From a virus (Duplodnaviria; Caudoviricetes): DNA of 64,000 bases. Made by a program: the position numbers and the translations under genes. Under the pieces are notes generated by a model, which did not search any database, was not told where the DNA came from, and saw nothing but the letters and a program-made list of their open reading frames with translations. Below, piece by piece: positions 19,440 to 30,043 of this stretch. The DNA lies in the IMG/VR virus record IMGVR_UViG_3300015207_000465, positions 1 through 64,000 of that record. One strand, 5' to 3'. Every line of letters begins with the position of its first letter. The stretch's first letter is position 1.

Positions 19440-21355
19440 AATCTTATAGCGACTTTGGTATAGACATCCCATCCGGGCGCAATAGCGGCAAGATGAAAGT
19501 CATCTGCCCCAAATGCCATGACCAACGGAAGAATAAGCGCGACAAGAGCTTATCCGTGGACTTGGATAAGGGCGTTTGGCATTGCCATTACTGTTCTTGG
19601 AGCGGAACTATACATGTTGGCGAAAGGTCGCATGATGATAAGCCGAAAAAAGAATATCGCAGACCCACGGCTCGCCCTATCACCACATTGTCGCGCAGAC
19701 TCGTTGATTGGTTTAACAAGCGCGGAATATCCGAGCGTGTGCTTAAAGAAATGAAAATCAACGAGGGTGAACACTTCATGCCGCAGACCGGTGCGAAGAT
19801 GAACACCGTGCAGTTTAACTACTATTTGAACGGCGAACTAATCAACGTCAAGTATCGCACCGGCAATAAACTCTTTACGCTTGAAAGCGGTGCGGAACTG
19901 ATACCCTACAATCTTGATGGCATAGTCGGTCAGCGCGAGTGCATCATAACCGAGGGCGAAATGGATTGCCTTTCTTTCGTGGAAATAGGTAAAACAAACT
20001 GCGTCAGCGTGCCGAATGGTGCGAATAATAACCTTTCATATCTTGATGATTTCATCGATGGCTGGTTTGAAGATAAAGATGTCATTTACATAGCATCCGA
20101 CACGGACACCAAGGGATTGCAGTTGCGTGAAGAATTAGTGCGTCGTTTCGGAAGCGAGCGTTGTCGCATTGTTACCTACGGCGATGACTGCAAGGATGCA
20201 AACGAGCATCTTCAAAAGTATGGAAAAGAAAGCCTTGAGAAATGTCTGCGCGAAGCCAAGGATGTCAAGGTTGATGGCGTATTCACGCTTAACGACTACG
20301 AGGAAGAGCTTGATTCAATCTACAAGGATGGTCTTAAAAAGGGTTTTCTGGTAGGTCATCCCAACTTTGATGCCTTGTGTAGCTTTGAAACCAAACGCCT
20401 CGCGATAGTGACCGGCATACCGGGTAGCGGTAAGTCGGAATTTATCGATGAGATGTGCGTGCGCTTCAATATCCTATACGATTTCAAGGTGGCTTTCTTC
20501 TCGCCGGAGAATATGCCTATGGAATACCATGCGGTCAAGATTATTGAAAAGCTATGTGGCAAGCGTCTGCAATCAGTAGACATCAACGGCGAAAGCATAA
20601 CACCCGGACAATATAGCCACGCAAAGGAATATTATCGCGAGAACTTCTTTCACATCTTACCGGAAGACGGATACACGATAGACAACATTCTTGCAAAGGC
20701 GAAATACCTTGTCAGACGCAGGGGAATCCGCGTGTTGGTAATAGACCCATTCAACCGAATAGAAAACGAGCAATCAAGCAAGGAAAGCGAAACCCAGTAT
20801 ATCTCGCGTGTGCTTGACAGACTGACGAATTTTGCGCAGCAGAACGATGTACTTGTCTTTCTGATGGCGCACCCTACGAAAGTACGAAAGGACAACGGAA
20901 ATGGCGGCGTGCCTACCATGTATGACATCAATGGCTCTGCCAACTTCTACAACAAAGCCGATTTTGGCATAATCGTACACCGCGAGCGTGATGAAAGTAA
21001 GAACTACACCCTTGTAAGGGTGGAAAAGGTCAAATTTAGACACCTCGGTACGCCCGGCGATGCAACTTTCAAATTCAACACCATCAATGGCCGATATATC
21101 CCGTGGAAACAAAGCGAAAGCGTAGCCGTGGATTTCAGAGCGGACATGGAGGATATGATAGTGCTGAAAGAACGCGATGCGATAAGTCAGCCGTCACTAC
21201 CATCTGAACCGCCATGGGAAAACCTACCCGACACTCCGGCGGCTACATCCACAGCATCGACTGGCGGATTGTCATTCGCACCATCCCCGCCGCAAGCGGA
21301 AGACCCATTTATGCCATTCGGCCCGACTGACCCCGACGAGCCTTTGCCTTTTTAA
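19436..21355 (+). CDS. Primase-helicase (T7 gp4/Twinkle-like)
   Basis: Zn finger CPKC..CHYC, Toprim ITEGEMD..DTD, GIPGSGKS, VIDPFN, AHPTK. Confidence 0.93.
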   Translation: MKSYSDFGIDIPSGRNSGKMKVICPKCHDQRKNKRDKSLSVDLDKGVWHCHYCSWSGTIHVGERSHDDKPKKEYRRPTARPITTLSRRLVDWFNKRGISERVLKEMKINEGEHFMPQTGAKMNTVQFNYYLNGELINVKYRTGNKLFTLESGAELIPYNLDGIVGQRECIITEGEMDCLSFVEIGKTNCVSVPNGANNNLSYLDDFIDGWFEDKDVIYIASDTDTKGLQLREELVRRFGSERCRIVTYGDDCKDANEHLQKYGKESLEKCLREAKDVKVDGVFTLNDYEEELDSIYKDGLKKGFLVGHPNFDALCSFETKRLAIVTGIPGSGKSEFIDEMCVRFNILYDFKVAFFSPENMPMEYHAVKIIEKLCGKRLQSVDINGESITPGQYSHAKEYYRENFFHILPEDGYTIDNILAKAKYLVRRRGIRVLVIDPFNRIENEQSSKESETQYISRVLDRLTNFAQQNDVLVFLMAHPTKVRKDNGNGGVPTMYDINGSANFYNKADFGIIVHRERDESKNYTLVRVEKVKFRHLGTPGDATFKFNTINGRYIPWKQSESVAVDFRADMEDMIVLKERDAISQPSLPSEPPWENLPDTPAATSTASTGGLSFAPSPPQAEDPFMPFGPTDPDEPLPF

Positions 21356-21375
21356 CCAAGTAAATCATTATCACA

Positions 21376-22086
21376 ATGCAAAATATAGAACTTTTCAACG
21401 ACCACTTTCAGAATTATAAGAAATATCTGAATTGCAAGGCACAGCTTATCATCGCCGATGTACCTTACAATCTTGGAATAAACGCCTACGCATCTAATCC
21501 TAAATGGTATATCGACGGTGACAATCCTATGGTCATGGCTGACCCGCGGAAGAATTACGGCAGGATGCAGCCGTCGGCAGAGTCATCGCCTACGCTTTTA
21601 AGCACCGACTATAAGTCACCGCATTTGGTGGTAGAGCCAACGGAACAAGGCGTTCCCAGCGAGGTCGCACAGACAGCCGAGCAGTTGCGCATTATCGCAT
21701 CTGCCAGTCGCGGACAAGAGGTTGGCGTAACCATTAATCCCGATTTCAGCTTACGCCCTCACAAGCTGAATAAAGCCAAAGACGGAATAAGCGAATATTG
21801 CACGGACTACGACGAGGGTATTGGGAGTACAAACATATCCGCAAGACCCAATAGCGTGTATGGAAAGACCACACGCTTTCGTATCCGCAAGCTGACACCC
21901 CGCGAGTGCTACCGCCTCATGGATATGCCGGAAGAATACATCGACCGCTTGCTTGCGTCGGGCATATCAAAATCCCAGCACTACAAGTTGGCCGGAAATT
22001 CAATCGTTGTGGCGTGTCTTTACCATATCTTCAAAAGTCTTTTCACAAATGAAATCCCAGAAAATCAGCAGCTATCCCTTTTCTGA
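21376..22086 (+). pseudogene. In-frame chimera: amino-MTase N-terminus fused to C5-cytosine MTase C-terminus
   Basis: IIADVPYN motif IV then IRKLTPRECYRLM..YKLAGNSIVV motifs IX-X; no FxGxG SAM motif or PC catalytic motif. Confidence 0.75.
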
Positions 22087-22087
22087 C

Positions 22088-22819
22088 ATGCTCGGCAATA
22101 TAGAATTACCGGACTCCATCAAAGCAGAAATGGAAAAGCGCGGCATCAAGCCGATATTCACGAAGCCCCTAATCGACACCGGGCTTCAAATCAAACCCCG
22201 TGAGCCTATGCGTGAGCGCGAATTGTCTACGGAAGAATTTCTCAATCTATTCGACCGCAAGGAGTCGCTCAAGATGGCGTATGTACCGCATTTTATGACG
22301 CAGTGCGTCATCCACTATCTTGACTTGCTCGTGGAATATGCCCGTGCCAACCGGCTATCGGACTACAAGAAGCATACACGGAAGCTCAAGGACATCAAGG
22401 CTGAATATTTAGAAGCCCTGCGCCACGAAATGCCTCCGCACGTCTTTCAGAAATTCCTTGACCAGCGCGATGAATATCTAACAAGCTGCGGCGCAAATCT
22501 GACCCTTATGTATTTCACATTCGGAAATCAGATTTTGAAAAGGTATGGCCGCATTAACCATGAAGCCCTCTATTGCTACGCCAACATCATCCTTGCTTTC
22601 ATCAATTACGTGGAAGACTTTGACAGGGATGTGAACAAACGTATAGCGGAAAAGATGGGTATGCCCTGCCGCAATCACGGCGATGCCCGTCTGACCGCAA
22701 TCAAAGGCGTATGCAAAGACATTATAAAATCCTATCCCTTGGAAAAGAACGCCGACACTGACCTTTGCGTCGGTGTTATGGCAAACAAGGCTGCAATTAT
22801 GATTAACAATATGCTATAA
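22088..22819 (+). CDS. Hypothetical phage protein
   Basis: Long ORF with ATG right after the previous stop. Confidence 0.75.
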   Translation: MLGNIELPDSIKAEMEKRGIKPIFTKPLIDTGLQIKPREPMRERELSTEEFLNLFDRKESLKMAYVPHFMTQCVIHYLDLLVEYARANRLSDYKKHTRKLKDIKAEYLEALRHEMPPHVFQKFLDQRDEYLTSCGANLTLMYFTFGNQILKRYGRINHEALYCYANIILAFINYVEDFDRDVNKRIAEKMGMPCRNHGDARLTAIKGVCKDIIKSYPLEKNADTDLCVGVMANKAAIMINNML

Positions 22820-22838
22820 ACTAACCTCTTCATCACAA

Positions 22839-23639
22839 ATGGAAAAAATAATCATCGACATCATTGATAAAAAGGCGGCAAGGCAATATGCAAGGCTGAC
22901 ACCGACCAAACGCAAGGCCTATCGTGCCATGCTTTACGCAGGAGCGCAAATCACGCTGAATGGATGCTCGGTTAGGGAAATTGCCCCTGAAATCGGCTAT
23001 TCAGAAAGTGGAACATCCAAGCTGGCGCAAAAGTGGATAGAGCTGATGCGAGAGGGTGATGTTACAGTCAACCTGATTATTTCTGCCATCCACAAATTAC
23101 CGACAGGCAAGCGTTTTCAGCACGGAAAGACGAGTGAACCCAATCCCAAACCAAAAGCACAGGCAATACCCAAGCGTGAAACACACGACCCGGAGCCAAT
23201 CCCGGAACCTCTGCCGAAGCTGAAAGCAATCCAGCCCAAGGTCAAGAAAGTACTCGGCTTTATCATAACGCCGGAAGACGAGCTGCGCGAAAGGGCTGCG
23301 AAACGAGCCGCCATACTTTTTATGCAGTCATACGGAAAAGGAAGACAACCACGTATGCACGGCGAATACTACACTCCCGGCACTAATCCCAACAACGACC
23401 GCGAAAGCAAAAAGAAATGGCTACCCCTTGAAACCGCAGCCCTATATTATGGGTGCAAAGCGGAATACATCAACAATGCCGGTCAGTGCGGCATCATTGA
23501 AAGGCGTGTCTACAAGCGCAATGCCAGCCGCAACTATTATGAGTATAATGTCGCTGATTTAGACAAATTTATACGCGACAACCATCTCCTTCAACAACGT
23601 AATCACCTCAAAGAACGGAAGATACCAAAGAGCAAATAA
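22839..23639 (+). CDS. Hypothetical protein with HTH-like segments
   Basis: GCSVREIAPEIGYSESG; LETAALYYGC. Confidence 0.7.
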   Translation: MEKIIIDIIDKKAARQYARLTPTKRKAYRAMLYAGAQITLNGCSVREIAPEIGYSESGTSKLAQKWIELMREGDVTVNLIISAIHKLPTGKRFQHGKTSEPNPKPKAQAIPKRETHDPEPIPEPLPKLKAIQPKVKKVLGFIITPEDELRERAAKRAAILFMQSYGKGRQPRMHGEYYTPGTNPNNDRESKKKWLPLETAALYYGCKAEYINNAGQCGIIERRVYKRNASRNYYEYNVADLDKFIRDNHLLQQRNHLKERKIPKSK

Positions 23640-23751
23640 GAGTTAAAAATCTTGTTTGCTCGGTATTTTCTCTTGCATAATTAAAGTAAATGCTTTAACT
23701 TTGCGGTGTAATAAATAAAGTAGTAACTTTAATTAATAACTTAATACCAAC

Positions 23752-24054
23752 ATGGATTTATCCACAAATCAAGAGCCAAAAAAGGCTACAAAGGTCTGCA
23801 CAAAGTGCGGGCGCGAGTTGCCGGTTGACCAGTTCAGCCGTCGCAAGACATCCCCAGACGGATTACAGCAGTGGTGCAAGGCGTGTCATCGCATTGCTAA
23901 CAAACAGGCGAATAGCAGACGCCAATTACCCCCCCCCATCAAGGGCGACCCATCATCACCGCTTGCGGAATTTACACCGCGTCAGCTTATCGAAGAATTG
24001 CATAACCGTGGCTATCGCGGCGAGCTTCAATACCTCTACACAATCAAGGTCTGA
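23752..24054 (+). CDS. Zinc-finger protein
   Basis: KVCTKCGRELP...F.....DGLQ.WCKAC; own TAACTTTG promoter motif at ~23696. Confidence 0.8.
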   Translation: MDLSTNQEPKKATKVCTKCGRELPVDQFSRRKTSPDGLQQWCKACHRIANKQANSRRQLPPPIKGDPSSPLAEFTPRQLIEELHNRGYRGELQYLYTIKV

Positions 24055-24057
24055 GTT

Positions 24058-24564
24058 ATGATAAAAGAAATAAAGCCGGATATGGTGGAAAAGTGGGCTG
24101 AATGGCTTGACCACCAACCCAAGAACGAAGAGCTGAATGATGAACAGATGGAAACTTTCATCATGGCGGCTATGCACGAAAACGACATCGAAAAGAACGC
24201 ATAGTTAAAAGAAGCGGTGTTGAATGGTGGGCCATCACTGGAACGAATGTTTTACAACCGCGTCAAGTTTTGCCATACATACACCATTACTTTTGCCGTG
24301 GCGTTTGCCATCGCAAGTATCGCCCGGACTCCCGGCGAGATAACGATGTATGCCAACTATCTGCAATATAAAGCAAAGAAGATGGGAAAGGGCTTACTGC
24401 GAATGAATGACATCGGGATGCACATTTTACCCTGCGGTATATTTTCACGCGAAACAATGCGCGAGGCGTGGGATAGGCAGAAATGCTCACATGAGCTTGG
24501 CTCTGACAATATGCTTGACCACTATCAGGCGCAAGGAACAATCGAAATAAAGCCCAAAGAATGA
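24058..24564 (+). pseudogene. Hypothetical gene interrupted by one in-frame TAG (24202-24204)
   Basis: ATG 24058 frame reads 48 codons, TAG, then continues into ORF 24217-24564. Confidence 0.65.
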
Positions 24565-24851
24565 AATGGATATACACCAAATGCCACTCTTTTGAAGAAG
24601 CAAATGCCCTCGGTCATTTTATAATTGGCAAAGGCTACATGGGTGTTCAGAATGATAGCTATCGGTATTGCGAAGACCACATTAGATGGGCTTTGGAAAC
24701 AAATATCCGACACCGGCTGGAGTTTTGTTTTGTCGGTGTAAATGGTTGCCAGCTTGTAGTTGGAGCGCATAAAAAGGCGATGCGTAAGCAAGGCGCGATG
24801 CGCTACATAGAGAAAGAGCGAGTGTTTAAGGAATTAATAAGCGAGATATGA
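24561..24851 (+). CDS. Hypothetical protein
   Basis: ATGA-coupled ORF. Confidence 0.7.
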   Translation: MKWIYTKCHSFEEANALGHFIIGKGYMGVQNDSYRYCEDHIRWALETNIRHRLEFCFVGVNGCQLVVGAHKKAMRKQGAMRYIEKERVFKELISEI

Positions 24852-25513
24852 AAAAGATATGTTTCAGCGAAAAGTACGGTCTGCACGAAGCTGTTCTTGC
24901 GGGTCGGAAAACGCAGACAAGAAGACTGATACCGCAATCAATCCTTGACAAGATTGAGGCGTTTCAGCATTGTTACTACGAGGCCACGTTTGACCGCCTT
25001 GATGGAATAGAATTGCTTGAGCATTATTTCATCGTTGAAGCTACCGGTAAATTACCATTCAAAGTAGGTGATGTCGTGGCTATCGCAGAAAGGTATAAGG
25101 ATGCCAATATTCATTTCATCCCGGAAGAGGATGATGAATTTGGATGCTATTCTTTCCCCGCGGAACAGACAAAGGGGTGGGATAACAAGATGTTTGTCAG
25201 AGCTGACCTTATGCCGCATAGAATACGCATCAAGAGGGTATGGTTTGAACGTCTGCAAGACATATCCGATGAAGACTGTATCGCAGAGGGCGTAATAAAA
25301 GAAACGCGGCGCATCGCCACCGAAGCGGAACAATATTTGACGCATTACTACCCATGCCAAACGCTGAAAGATGCCGCATCGCAAGTCGGTTGGGGCGTAA
25401 CGTATGCAACGCCAAAGATTGCATACTCGGTCTTGATAGACCGAATATCCGGCAAGGGAACGTGGGATAGAAACCCCTATGTAATTGCCTACGAATTTGA
25501 ATTAGTAAAATGA
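24848..25513 (+). CDS. ASCH/PUA-like phage protein
   Basis: AVLAGRKTQTRR, ERLQDISDEDCIAEG, WDRNPYV..YEF. Confidence 0.8.
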   Translation: MKKICFSEKYGLHEAVLAGRKTQTRRLIPQSILDKIEAFQHCYYEATFDRLDGIELLEHYFIVEATGKLPFKVGDVVAIAERYKDANIHFIPEEDDEFGCYSFPAEQTKGWDNKMFVRADLMPHRIRIKRVWFERLQDISDEDCIAEGVIKETRRIATEAEQYLTHYYPCQTLKDAASQVGWGVTYATPKIAYSVLIDRISGKGTWDRNPYVIAYEFELVK

Positions 25514-25707
25514 CAAGGATTATAGCAAATTGCAGATGCGGAAAAGTTGCCATCATCCGAACAACGAACGCCTTTCGTGTACCGGAATTGCTGTGTAAGC
25601 GTGGATGGCGCATTATCGACCAGTTGAAAAGCTCCTACGACATAAAGACAAATTGGATGTGTCCGATGTGTGCGAAATTACACGATAAATACCTTAAAAG
25701 ACAATAA
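25510..25707 (+). CDS. Small Cys-containing protein
   Basis: ATGA-coupled; CRC and CPMC. Confidence 0.55.
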   Translation: MTRIIANCRCGKVAIIRTTNAFRVPELLCKRGWRIIDQLKSSYDIKTNWMCPMCAKLHDKYLKRQ

Positions 25708-25708
25708 T

Positions 25709-25957
25709 ATGAACCCCCAGAACGAAGAAATCAGGAAAAAGGCGATAAACGACCTTTTGAACGCAGACTCATTTATCTGCGTAACCGTAAAAGACAACAA
25801 CCTTGACATGGCATCACTGACCAACCCGGAACGGCTTGGAATGATGCTTTTGTCGATTATGCGCAGCAATCCGGCTTTTGCAAATAGCGTCAATCTCGCC
25901 GCCCTTGCCTACGCACAGGAAAAACTACACCATAATACTAACTCAAATCAGCAATAA
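25709..25957 (+). CDS. Hypothetical protein
   Basis: ATG just after previous stop. Confidence 0.6.
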   Translation: MNPQNEEIRKKAINDLLNADSFICVTVKDNNLDMASLTNPERLGMMLLSIMRSNPAFANSVNLAALAYAQEKLHHNTNSNQQ

Positions 25958-26043
25958 TCAGTATTTAGTGTGGTTTTTACTTGGTGGAATAAAAGTAATT
26001 ACTTAACTTTGCAGTGAAAAGATAAACCAAAAACTTGTAACAG

Positions 26044-26787
26044 TTGAAAAAGAAGCTATACATCTCACTGCCGATAAGCGGGCGCAATCTTGATGATGTC
26101 AAGCGTCGGGCAGAATATCTCAAAAATAGCATAATATCGGAAGAATACGAGGGTGTTACACCTTTCGACATCTGCCCTGATAGCACCTTGCCCTATTCTG
26201 AACTGATGGGGCGCGACATCACCGGCTTAATGGAGTGCGATGCGGTTTTGTTTGATTTTGACTGGAACGAGTCAAAGGGTTGTCGCATTGAAATGGCGGT
26301 GGCGCAAAACTGCAACATCCGCATTTACAAACTTGCAGACGATAGGATGGTGGAAGATGCCGACCAACGACTTTTTACCATGCAACTGAACAAACGTCAG
26401 CTTGAGGTGCTTTCAGAAGCCTGCGACTGCCATTCACGAAACATCTGCGGACAGTTGGATGTAGGTTTGGAATTGGTCATTGAAAAAGCTATTGCCCGGA
26501 CTTATAGCACGGCTGATTTTGAGCGTCGCCACGACATAAGGGAAACCGCAAGGATGCGCTTGTATGAAATCAAGTCACTTGTATGGGATTTAGGCCCCGG
26601 AACATCACATGGCGTTAAATACGATGATGCTGCTGACATTCTCTATGATATTCATCAGGTCATTAGGCATCACTTGTGGAAGCTCAAGCCACAACCAAAG
26701 TGCGACTATACAAATGATGCTTTCCCCGCTACTTTATTCGGAAGCCAGCCCGCAGTATCCATCAAAACCCTTGAAAGAGATGAATAA
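26044..26787 (+). CDS. DUF4406 (deoxyribosyltransferase-like) domain fused to an unknown domain
   Basis: KLYISLPISG..LMECDAV....WNESKGCRIE; TTG start after a promoter motif. Confidence 0.75.
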   Translation: MKKKLYISLPISGRNLDDVKRRAEYLKNSIISEEYEGVTPFDICPDSTLPYSELMGRDITGLMECDAVLFDFDWNESKGCRIEMAVAQNCNIRIYKLADDRMVEDADQRLFTMQLNKRQLEVLSEACDCHSRNICGQLDVGLELVIEKAIARTYSTADFERRHDIRETARMRLYEIKSLVWDLGPGTSHGVKYDDAADILYDIHQVIRHHLWKLKPQPKCDYTNDAFPATLFGSQPAVSIKTLERDE

Positions 26788-27055
26788 CGGATTTATCATT
26801 GTCGCAGATGTAAGCTCATCGTATTTCTCGGTGGCGCGACACGCCGGCGGCGCAACAATCAATGGCGAGTTGTTCATCTACTGCCCGGAACGAGATATTC
26901 TGGTAAGGGATGACTGGATGAAATTCTACCGACGTATGCCGTGGGATGATTTCATCACAGCGGTCAAGGTCGGCAAGAAACCCATATTACCAAAGAAGCC
27001 CACAAAGGCGAAGAAAGAAGAAGAAACCAATCAACCATCACTCTTTGACCAATGA
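26780..27055 (+). CDS. Hypothetical protein
   Basis: Overlapping ATG ORF in operon. Confidence 0.65.
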   Translation: MNNGFIIVADVSSSYFSVARHAGGATINGELFIYCPERDILVRDDWMKFYRRMPWDDFITAVKVGKKPILPKKPTKAKKEEETNQPSLFDQ

Positions 27056-27285
27056 ACATATTTGACAACATCCACGAATGGCTTGACAAGGTTGGAACAT
27101 ACCGAATGATAGTCGATACCATGTCGTATCAGCACACGGCTTTCATCGTTGAGGTGCGTGGGCTGCTGAAATGGCACGTCGTAAAAATCTTTATTAGCGA
27201 TGATGCCGAGTACGCACGGAACTGCGCCCAAGAGCTTCTTGAAATGCTTGAAGAAGAAATTGAGCCTACGGAAACAAAGAAATAA
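27052..27285 (+). CDS. Hypothetical protein
   Basis: ATGA-coupled ORF. Confidence 0.65.
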   Translation: MNIFDNIHEWLDKVGTYRMIVDTMSYQHTAFIVEVRGLLKWHVVKIFISDDAEYARNCAQELLEMLEEEIEPTETKK

Positions 27286-27707
27286 TGGCAAAGCAGAAAA
27301 CAATATTGCACATGTTTGCCTGCGAGGTTTTCCCTCGGAGGTTGTATGTTGTCAAGAAGCCGACCGCCGGATGGCTTGAGAAACACTTTCAGACCATTGA
27401 CGGCGAAAAGCTGACGGAATATACCGTGGATGATGCGAAAGCTGTGACGTATGGCGAGGTCTACAACATTGACACCATGAAATACGGCATACTTGTCGTG
27501 TTGTTGGAAAACGATATTTCGGTATCAGACTGCGCCCACGAAGCAACTCATTTCGCAATGGATATGTATTCTGCAATGGGCGAGGAAATCAACACCAATC
27601 ACCAAGAAATTATGGCTTATCTTGTAGGCTATGCCACTGACTGCATCTATCAGGTAGCCAAGAACCGATATAAACCGATGTTTGATGGAAGCAGAGAAAT
27701 ACCCTAA
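27285..27707 (+). CDS. HExxH metallopeptidase-like phage protein
   Basis: AHEATH...E.MAYLVGY. Confidence 0.65.
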   Translation: MAKQKTILHMFACEVFPRRLYVVKKPTAGWLEKHFQTIDGEKLTEYTVDDAKAVTYGEVYNIDTMKYGILVVLLENDISVSDCAHEATHFAMDMYSAMGEEINTNHQEIMAYLVGYATDCIYQVAKNRYKPMFDGSREIP

Positions 27708-28161
27708 TCCCAAATTGCCGACACTGGCCATACACTATCAGTTAGGCGACTGGGTGCAGGAATATTCACGTATAACCGGCAAGATGTCACCGCCTATGTA
27801 TATCGTGGCGATGCTCAAGGATACGCTTTATCTTGAAATTGACCCCGAACAGGGCGACCCCTTTGAGGTTGATTTGGAAGATGTGCGCCCCATCCCGCTA
27901 ACCAAGGATTTTCTTATAAGCATTGATGCTTACGGAAAGCGAATAGTCAACGAAGAATATGGCGTAACGGAAACCGTGCCGGGAGTAATATCCAAATGGG
28001 ATTTAAATGACTGGGTTGACATCCACAAATATAAAGACAAGTTCATTGCCAAGTACCACGGAAAAGATGACGAGTATCTTCATGTTGTCTATCTGCGATA
28101 CGTTCACGACCTGCAACATTTCTATCGCCTTTTTGAAATCGACAAACCCGTAATTTTATGA
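27682..28161 (+). CDS. Hypothetical phage protein
   Basis: GDWV..RPIPLT..L..RYVHDLQH family-like pattern. Confidence 0.7.
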   Translation: MMEAEKYPNPKLPTLAIHYQLGDWVQEYSRITGKMSPPMYIVAMLKDTLYLEIDPEQGDPFEVDLEDVRPIPLTKDFLISIDAYGKRIVNEEYGVTETVPGVISKWDLNDWVDIHKYKDKFIAKYHGKDDEYLHVVYLRYVHDLQHFYRLFEIDKPVIL

Positions 28162-28439
28162 TATGCCCTGTCTGCAAAGGTGTCGGCATGGTAGATAATC
28201 CGCGCTCCTATGATAAACCATCGTGGAAATTGTATGAAGACGGAATACCCACAAAGATAGAATGTAAACACTGCGGTGGATATGGTTATAGGGTCAGCGA
28301 TATAAGCGAAATCATCCCCACACTACGAATGGCGGTTAATGACCGGCGAGGTCTGACCGCAAAGGAAACAAAACAAATTCTTGATATACTAAATAACTGT
28401 AATGATGACAGCACCAATAAACGTAAAAATCAAACTTGA
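28158..28439 (+). CDS. DnaJ-like zinc-finger protein
   Basis: CPVCKGVG and CKHCGGYG. Confidence 0.65.
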   Translation: MICPVCKGVGMVDNPRSYDKPSWKLYEDGIPTKIECKHCGGYGYRVSDISEIIPTLRMAVNDRRGLTAKETKQILDILNNCNDDSTNKRKNQT

Positions 28440-28905
28440 AGACGGAGGCATCCTGCCAACCAAAGGAACACCGGGGTCTGCGGCTTACGATGTTTATCTG
28501 CCGTGCGACTACACCATCAAAGAGGGGCGGCAGATGCTCCCCTTGAACTTTCGTATGGAAATGCCCGACGGATACGAAGCGATGATTGAACCGCGTAGCG
28601 GTTTCTCATCAAAAGGTATGGAGGGCTATCTATGCTTATGGAACGACCCCGCGACCGGTCAGCTCATGTCTACCGGCTATGGGCGTTATGACTGCGATGT
28701 AATCCCCGGCAAGGTGGATGCGGACTATCGCGGCATCGTTGGCGTTATCGTAATCAACAAGGGTAAACAATTCGTAATGCGCAAGGGAACACGCATAGCG
28801 CAGATGACCATCCGCAAGGTTGAAAATGCCGAGTTTGTGCTTGCTGATACACTATCGAATACGGAACGCGGTACTGGTGGCTTCGGTCACACAAATTCTA
28901 TGTGA
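28402..28905 (+). CDS. dut: Trimeric dUTPase
   Basis: SAAYD, PRSG, GKVDADYRG, RIAQ and RGTGGFGHT motifs. Confidence 0.93.
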   Translation: MMTAPINVKIKLEDGGILPTKGTPGSAAYDVYLPCDYTIKEGRQMLPLNFRMEMPDGYEAMIEPRSGFSSKGMEGYLCLWNDPATGQLMSTGYGRYDCDVIPGKVDADYRGIVGVIVINKGKQFVMRKGTRIAQMTIRKVENAEFVLADTLSNTERGTGGFGHTNSM

Positions 28906-29408
28906 TGGCTGCTGACACGACATTGACCATAACGCAGATTGAGCTTGGACTCGCGCAGTATTTCAACTATCGGAACAACGTCATTGTGCCGAAAGTGTCA
29001 TGGGGTCTGCTTGACCATGAGGCCGACCTACTGATACTTAATAAAAGCGGCTATCTGACGGAAATTGAAATCAAGCGAAGCTGGGCTGACTTTCTTGCGG
29101 ACTTTCGGAAGAAGCACACTCACAACGACCGCAAAATATCATGGCGTTACTACGCAGTGCCGGTATCCATCCTTGATAAGTGCCGTCAGAAGCTATCGGA
29201 AATTGACCCGGAGCGCACATGGGGCATCATCAGCTACGAGGAGTCATGGGATGGCTATTGCGTACCTACTATCGTCATGCAACCCTACAACATAAACTAT
29301 CATTGTGGCGAAAAGAAGCTGTTTCTTGAGGAACAATTTCAACTCGCACGGCTTGGTGCAATACGCACATGGCCGTTAAAAGAAACCATAATCAGCAATG
29401 GAAAATAA
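28905..29408 (+). CDS. PD-(D/E)XK nuclease-fold protein (MmcB-like)
   Basis: HEADLL...EIEIK.S.ADF.AD..K. Confidence 0.7.
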   Translation: MAADTTLTITQIELGLAQYFNYRNNVIVPKVSWGLLDHEADLLILNKSGYLTEIEIKRSWADFLADFRKKHTHNDRKISWRYYAVPVSILDKCRQKLSEIDPERTWGIISYEESWDGYCVPTIVMQPYNINYHCGEKKLFLEEQFQLARLGAIRTWPLKETIISNGK

Positions 29409-30042
29409 ACCCAACATCATCGTTAAGAAGCATACGGGCATAGAGCTTGTTCAGCTTGCCGCCAGCTTCACATCCGGGCATGAAAGCAAGATTACATTGA
29501 AACGGGCCTATAAGACGGAACATTCTATCATTCGCACCCAGATATTCTCGGTTGAGTGCTATGGAATACCCTTGTTTGTAAGCACCCATTTCATCCGTCA
29601 CCACGTAGGCTCGCAGCCCTACCAGCTAACTTGTCGCATCGACCGACCCGGTGGCGGCAATCCCCATCTGAAAGAGCGCATCAAAGAGGTCAACGAGTTG
29701 CTTGCCAATGGAAAGATTGGGGAGGCTTGTGACATCCTTGACTGGCTTGCCGAAAATTCAGACCGATACACCAAAGTCAATCTTTTGCTTTTTGCAAATG
29801 CACAGGCTTTCATTGATATGGCTAAACTGCGCCTTTGCACCATGGCATCACCGGAAACACGCGAGCTATTCGGTGTCATCAAAGCCAAAATCGCAGAGGT
29901 AGACCCGGATTTAGCACCTTTCCTTGTGCGGAAATGCGTTTACCGTGGCGGTATCTGCTGCGAACAAAGATGCTGCGGCTACAACAAGACCGAAATGTTC
30001 AAGAAAGAATTGGAACAGTACAAGCTATTATTCGTGAACTGA
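29398..30042 (+). CDS. ThyX-like flavin-dependent thymidylate synthase homolog
   Basis: EHSIIR, VSTHFIRH, RLC..AS.ETR and CVYRGGIC motifs. Confidence 0.7.
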   Translation: MENKPNIIVKKHTGIELVQLAASFTSGHESKITLKRAYKTEHSIIRTQIFSVECYGIPLFVSTHFIRHHVGSQPYQLTCRIDRPGGGNPHLKERIKEVNELLANGKIGEACDILDWLAENSDRYTKVNLLLFANAQAFIDMAKLRLCTMASPETRELFGVIKAKIAEVDPDLAPFLVRKCVYRGGICCEQRCCGYNKTEMFKKELEQYKLLFVN

Positions 30043-30043
30043 T

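Noticed and set aside
14246-24060. Other GAGTTA sites (14247, 23640, 24053)
   Set aside because: Followed by a stop within a few codons or overlapping an ordinary ATG; the motif alone is not sufficient evidence of a gene
24202-24204. Genome-wide TAG recoding
   Set aside because: Only one internal TAG found; TAG ends several normal genes; no CTA-anticodon tRNA
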